Sequence record: MK514281.1
Length of the DNA: 64,000 nucleotides
Strand: one strand, 5' to 3'
The position numbers and the translations under genes were made by a program. Of the stretch, positions 60,784-64,000 are shown piece after piece. The notes beneath the pieces were generated by a model. It was given only the letters and a program-made list of their open reading frames with translations, was not told the origin of the DNA and did no database searches. Within the stretch, counting starts at the first letter, position 1, and each line of letters begins with the position of its first letter.

Positions 60784-63051
60784 ATGGCATTGAAACTTCT
60801 GCATGTAGCTAAAACCGCCGACATGCTGTCACGCATCCAATCTCAGATCAATGGCGGCCATGCATCAGGCGACGCTACCGCGGTTAAAAGCTACGGTATG
60901 GAGTCGCTTGACGGCAACACTCTGGGCGCGCAGGAAACCGCCATCAAAAATGGTATCTCTGTCATTACCGACGTGATCGCTCAGGGCACTGCATCTCAGG
61001 GCCAGAGCTACGCCGGTAACGGTCTGGAAGGTTTCTCTGATGCACAGATCCAAGCGGCATCAATCGCACTGACTATCGGTGGTGACTTCCAGGGTTACAT
61101 CGGTGCACTGAAAAACAACTCTAACCGTGCCATGTCTGCATCTGACCTGAGCCTGGTTTCCGGTAGCCGTTACGGCTCTGCTAACATGAAGCAGGGTTAC
61201 GGTACCGAAGCTTTCGAACAGGCGCAGAGCTTTGTTCCTCAGCAGAACGCAACGGTTGAATACAACCTGAAAGCGGCTAAGCAGGATGCCGTTGGTGAAG
61301 CCTTCTTCCCAACTACTACCCTGACGCCAAACGACATCGGCCTGAGCGTAACTGTGCCGGTTGACATCGTTGAACCTTTCATCAAGCACAAAGCAAATGG
61401 CGAAGTGACGGATTGGCAGCGTAAGAAGCTCATCAACGCAATGCGTGACCCGACCATTCTGCGTAACGACGCGATCAAGCTGATTCCTTATCGTCCACTG
61501 GACGGCAGCAACGACGCACAGTTCGCAGTAGGCGTGCCGAAGTTCAACGAAATTCAGGGCGGCGAAGAAGTACCAACTGGTGCACTGAAGCCTGGTATCA
61601 AAATCGGTTTCATGGGTCTGTGCTCTACTCCGTCTCTGGTTCAGGCCGGCGCGCTGGAAGCATCTGATCAGATCGACACCGGTGCTCGTCTGCAGTACAT
61701 CTGGATCGAAGTAGCTAACGCCTCTGGTACCAAAGAGCTGTTCAAGCTGCGTACTGATCACCTGGATCGTTCTACTTTCCAGAAATCTCAGGAAGGCGAT
61801 AAGTTCGAGACGTCTCTGGACTTCTCTAACATCACCATCGCGCTGAACGACCTGAACAAAACCACCGACAACACCGATTCAGCTCTGCTGGCTCCGTTGG
61901 TGACTTCTGGTCAGCAAGCGATCCTGGCGCTGGATATCAAAGGCACCATGAACCACGAGAAAGGCAGCCTGGTAGTTAACTCGCTGACTAACCCGTCTAT
62001 CATCCGTGTTTACGATACCGTGGCTAAAGAAGATGCGAACACCAAGTCTGGTGCTCTGCGTGACGCAATCGACGCTCTGACGATCACCTTCAAAGGTTAC
62101 TTCGTCCGCGCTAACCTGCGTAACAGCAACTTCCGTACCCGCGAGCAGCGTGTTGACCGCCAGACTTCCGTGTACAAGTACATGGTACAGCTGGGCGCGC
62201 CAATCACTGCTATCGCTCCAGTAACTGACGCATGGGGCCCGAAAGAGTCTATCGCAGTTGAAACCCTGAGCAACGCAACGTATGCACGTAACTCCGCAAT
62301 GGCTATCAGCCGTCTGCTGGACTACGTTGAAACCATCCGTGATGCAGGCGTGACCAACAACGGTCTGTGGCAGCGTTACGATGAGAACAGCATCGAAGGC
62401 GTTGGTAAAGCTGTAGTTGATCCATGGTACGGCGAAGGTAGCTTTGACATCTCTAAAGTTGTCAACGGTGTTAAATCTTCTCAGACCCGCGATGACGTTT
62501 CTGAAAAGATCCTGAACATCCTGCGTACCTACGCATACCGCATGAACGCCGAGTCTGGCTACAACGTTGCACTGCAGATGCTGTACAACGAAGTTCAGCC
62601 AACGCTGGTTATCGCAACCGACAACATCATCGCGCAGTACCTGATGGAAGTTGGTGACCTCCGCACAGCTGGTATCAGCTTCAAAGTGCACGTGGCCACC
62701 ACCAACAACATCGAGATGCGCGGCAAGATCATCATGACCCTGTCTCGTATGAAGTCAGGTGGTCTGGATCTGCTGACGTTCGGTATGCACCTGTGGGTAC
62801 CTGAGATCGTAGCAACTGTTAACGTAATGCGTAACGGTACCTACATCGAAGAAACCATGGTGCAGCCGCGTAACCTGCACGTAGTGGTTTGCCCAATCGT
62901 GGCGAACATCACCATCACCGGTCTGGAAGAAGCGTACACCGGCAAGATCACTGTCCCTGTTGACATCGTGAGCGAGCCTGAGTCTGCTGGTACCCAGGAC
63001 CTGGGTGGTCTGAACACTACTCCGGCAACTACTACCAACCCTGCTGCGTAA
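60784..63051 (+). CDS. Major capsid protein precursor (phiKZ gp120-like)
   Basis: 755 aa; propeptide with YGME/S, NGLE/G, YGTE/A sites; EAFFPTTTLTP; PRNLHV; very strong codon bias. Confidence 0.9.
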   Translation: MALKLLHVAKTADMLSRIQSQINGGHASGDATAVKSYGMESLDGNTLGAQETAIKNGISVITDVIAQGTASQGQSYAGNGLEGFSDAQIQAASIALTIGGDFQGYIGALKNNSNRAMSASDLSLVSGSRYGSANMKQGYGTEAFEQAQSFVPQQNATVEYNLKAAKQDAVGEAFFPTTTLTPNDIGLSVTVPVDIVEPFIKHKANGEVTDWQRKKLINAMRDPTILRNDAIKLIPYRPLDGSNDAQFAVGVPKFNEIQGGEEVPTGALKPGIKIGFMGLCSTPSLVQAGALEASDQIDTGARLQYIWIEVANASGTKELFKLRTDHLDRSTFQKSQEGDKFETSLDFSNITIALNDLNKTTDNTDSALLAPLVTSGQQAILALDIKGTMNHEKGSLVVNSLTNPSIIRVYDTVAKEDANTKSGALRDAIDALTITFKGYFVRANLRNSNFRTREQRVDRQTSVYKYMVQLGAPITAIAPVTDAWGPKESIAVETLSNATYARNSAMAISRLLDYVETIRDAGVTNNGLWQRYDENSIEGVGKAVVDPWYGEGSFDISKVVNGVKSSQTRDDVSEKILNILRTYAYRMNAESGYNVALQMLYNEVQPTLVIATDNIIAQYLMEVGDLRTAGISFKVHVATTNNIEMRGKIIMTLSRMKSGGLDLLTFGMHLWVPEIVATVNVMRNGTYIEETMVQPRNLHVVVCPIVANITITGLEEAYTGKITVPVDIVSEPESAGTQDLGGLNTTPATTTNPAA

Positions 63052-63078
63052 GCACCAGGCGCGAGAGTAATCCGTAGC

Positions 63079-63118
63079 GCATAAACAGAGGAGGAGCAAT
63101 GCTCCTCCTCTTATGCCG
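63079..63118 (+). terminator. GCATAA-hairpin-TTATGCCG after the capsid gene
   Basis: gcataa-aca-gaggaggagc-aat-gctcctcctc-ttatgccg. Confidence 0.75.
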
Positions 63119-63156
63119 TGTGATTTTATAGAGGCACACACCAGGGGCGGATAGTA

Positions 63157-63870
63157 ATGCTTGAATTACTAATGATAGGAAGGAAGAAAGCAACAGGGGG
63201 TGGGATACCTGCAGATCTTGGACCAGGACCTGCCTCCATGCTTGGGTATTACGAACGACCGGATGGCGGTAACTCGGGGTACTTCGGTACCTTTACTAAT
63301 TTTGTTTCAACAGCTGGGTTATGTCAATCTATCGGGTTAACTGCAGGCTATCAACAAACTGAGAATGCCACTTGGCATAAGTTTCTGTTAGATGGTAAGA
63401 TCCTCTTTATACCAACCAACTATATAGTGCGTAACCTCCATTGGAACTACATTTATAATGCCGGGGCAGTATATGGGGATGACAGTTTTGGTCTTTATCA
63501 AAGCCCAACGCCAACAGCACAGAGTGCCAAGCATGTGACGGTGGATGGTCGGGTTTATCGCGTGCGGTTAGTATCTATCTCAAATGGTGATCCGGCTCTG
63601 ACAGGCCAAATCGATAAAACCACCGAATGGGGTCGGTTGATGTATCCGATTGATCCAACGGTAGATGCTAGTAATACTGAAGCGGGTAAGAAATGGGGTA
63701 ACGTGGGACTGCTTTTGAGTTCAACGCAGATTCTGGCAAAGGAGACCTACGCCAGCACACCTGCTAGTAGCCTGGTTGTGGTTACGAATTCTACGACACG
63801 CTCCGCTCAATCTAAATCAACCGCACCCAGTAACTGTACCTGGCGTCCTATTCTTGAACTTGTGCAGTAA
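63157..63870 (+). CDS. Virion structural protein of the phiKZ gp131-like paralogue family (MLELLM N-terminus)
   Basis: GPGP...GYFG...W.KF.LDGKILFIP...W..IY.AGAVYG...WRPILEL. Confidence 0.7.
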   Translation: MLELLMIGRKKATGGGIPADLGPGPASMLGYYERPDGGNSGYFGTFTNFVSTAGLCQSIGLTAGYQQTENATWHKFLLDGKILFIPTNYIVRNLHWNYIYNAGAVYGDDSFGLYQSPTPTAQSAKHVTVDGRVYRVRLVSISNGDPALTGQIDKTTEWGRLMYPIDPTVDASNTEAGKKWGNVGLLLSSTQILAKETYASTPASSLVVVTNSTTRSAQSKSTAPSNCTWRPILELVQ

Positions 63871-63875
63871 GCTCT

Positions 63876-63906
63876 AAGAGGAAGGCTCCGGCCTCCTCTT
63901 ATGCCG
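63876..63906 (+). terminator. Hairpin + TTATGCCG
   Basis: aagagg-a-aggc-tccg-gcct-cctctt-atgccg. Confidence 0.7.
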
Positions 63907-63923
63907 ATCTGAAAGAATTACAG

Positions 63924-63933
63924 ACCTACATTA
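63924..63933 (+). promoter_or_regulatory. Candidate early promoter ACCTACATTA
   Basis: Exact 10-mer just after a terminator, upstream of whatever follows the window. Confidence 0.55.
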
Positions 63934-64000
63934 CTAACTAGATGTAACAGCGACGCTAGTGTTTAGTTGAAGCCTTACATCTATGTGGAGTTAGGCGCGT

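Noticed and set aside
61060-63141. Long minus-strand ORFs (233, 270, 128 aa) opposite the capsid gene
   Set aside because: Expected from the strong RNY codon bias of a highly expressed gene; no independent signals.

Overview
The window is a 64 kb segment of a phiKZ-like nucleus-forming jumbo myophage (Chimalliviridae-type). Gene order follows the conserved phiKZ/SPN3US core: SF2 helicase (cut by the window start), a Zn-motif assembly protein, a beta'-like fragment of the phage multisubunit RNA polymerase, the exonuclease/motif-A half of a split family-B DNA polymerase, a large block of protease-matured inner-head proteins, baseplate/tail genes, a collagen-like fibre operon, thymidylate kinase, DnaB-like helicase and the major capsid protein. 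Accessory blocks lie at about 0.8-8.5 kb, 13.9-18.9 kb and 54-58 kb. Strongest observations: (1) a likely programmed -1 frameshift (T_TTT_TTT, 9451-9457, minus strand) joining the 539-aa protein to a 154-codon frame that has no start codon of its own for the first 68 codons, resembling lambda G/GT; (2) a recurrent hairpin+TTATGCCG signal at most transcription-unit ends; (3) a Tad2/DUF2829-like anti-defence sponge next to four tandem divergent paralogues, in an island bracketed by two NUMOD-like paralogues; (4) an M48-like HExxH metallopeptidase among the head proteins; (5) a collagen/globular-repeat fibre carrying a T4 foldon-like motif; (6) candidate early (ACCTAYATYA) and late (AATCCTATG) promoter motifs. 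No tRNA, rRNA, CRISPR array, intron or intein was seen. Family assignments rest on motifs read by eye and on synteny; no database search was run.
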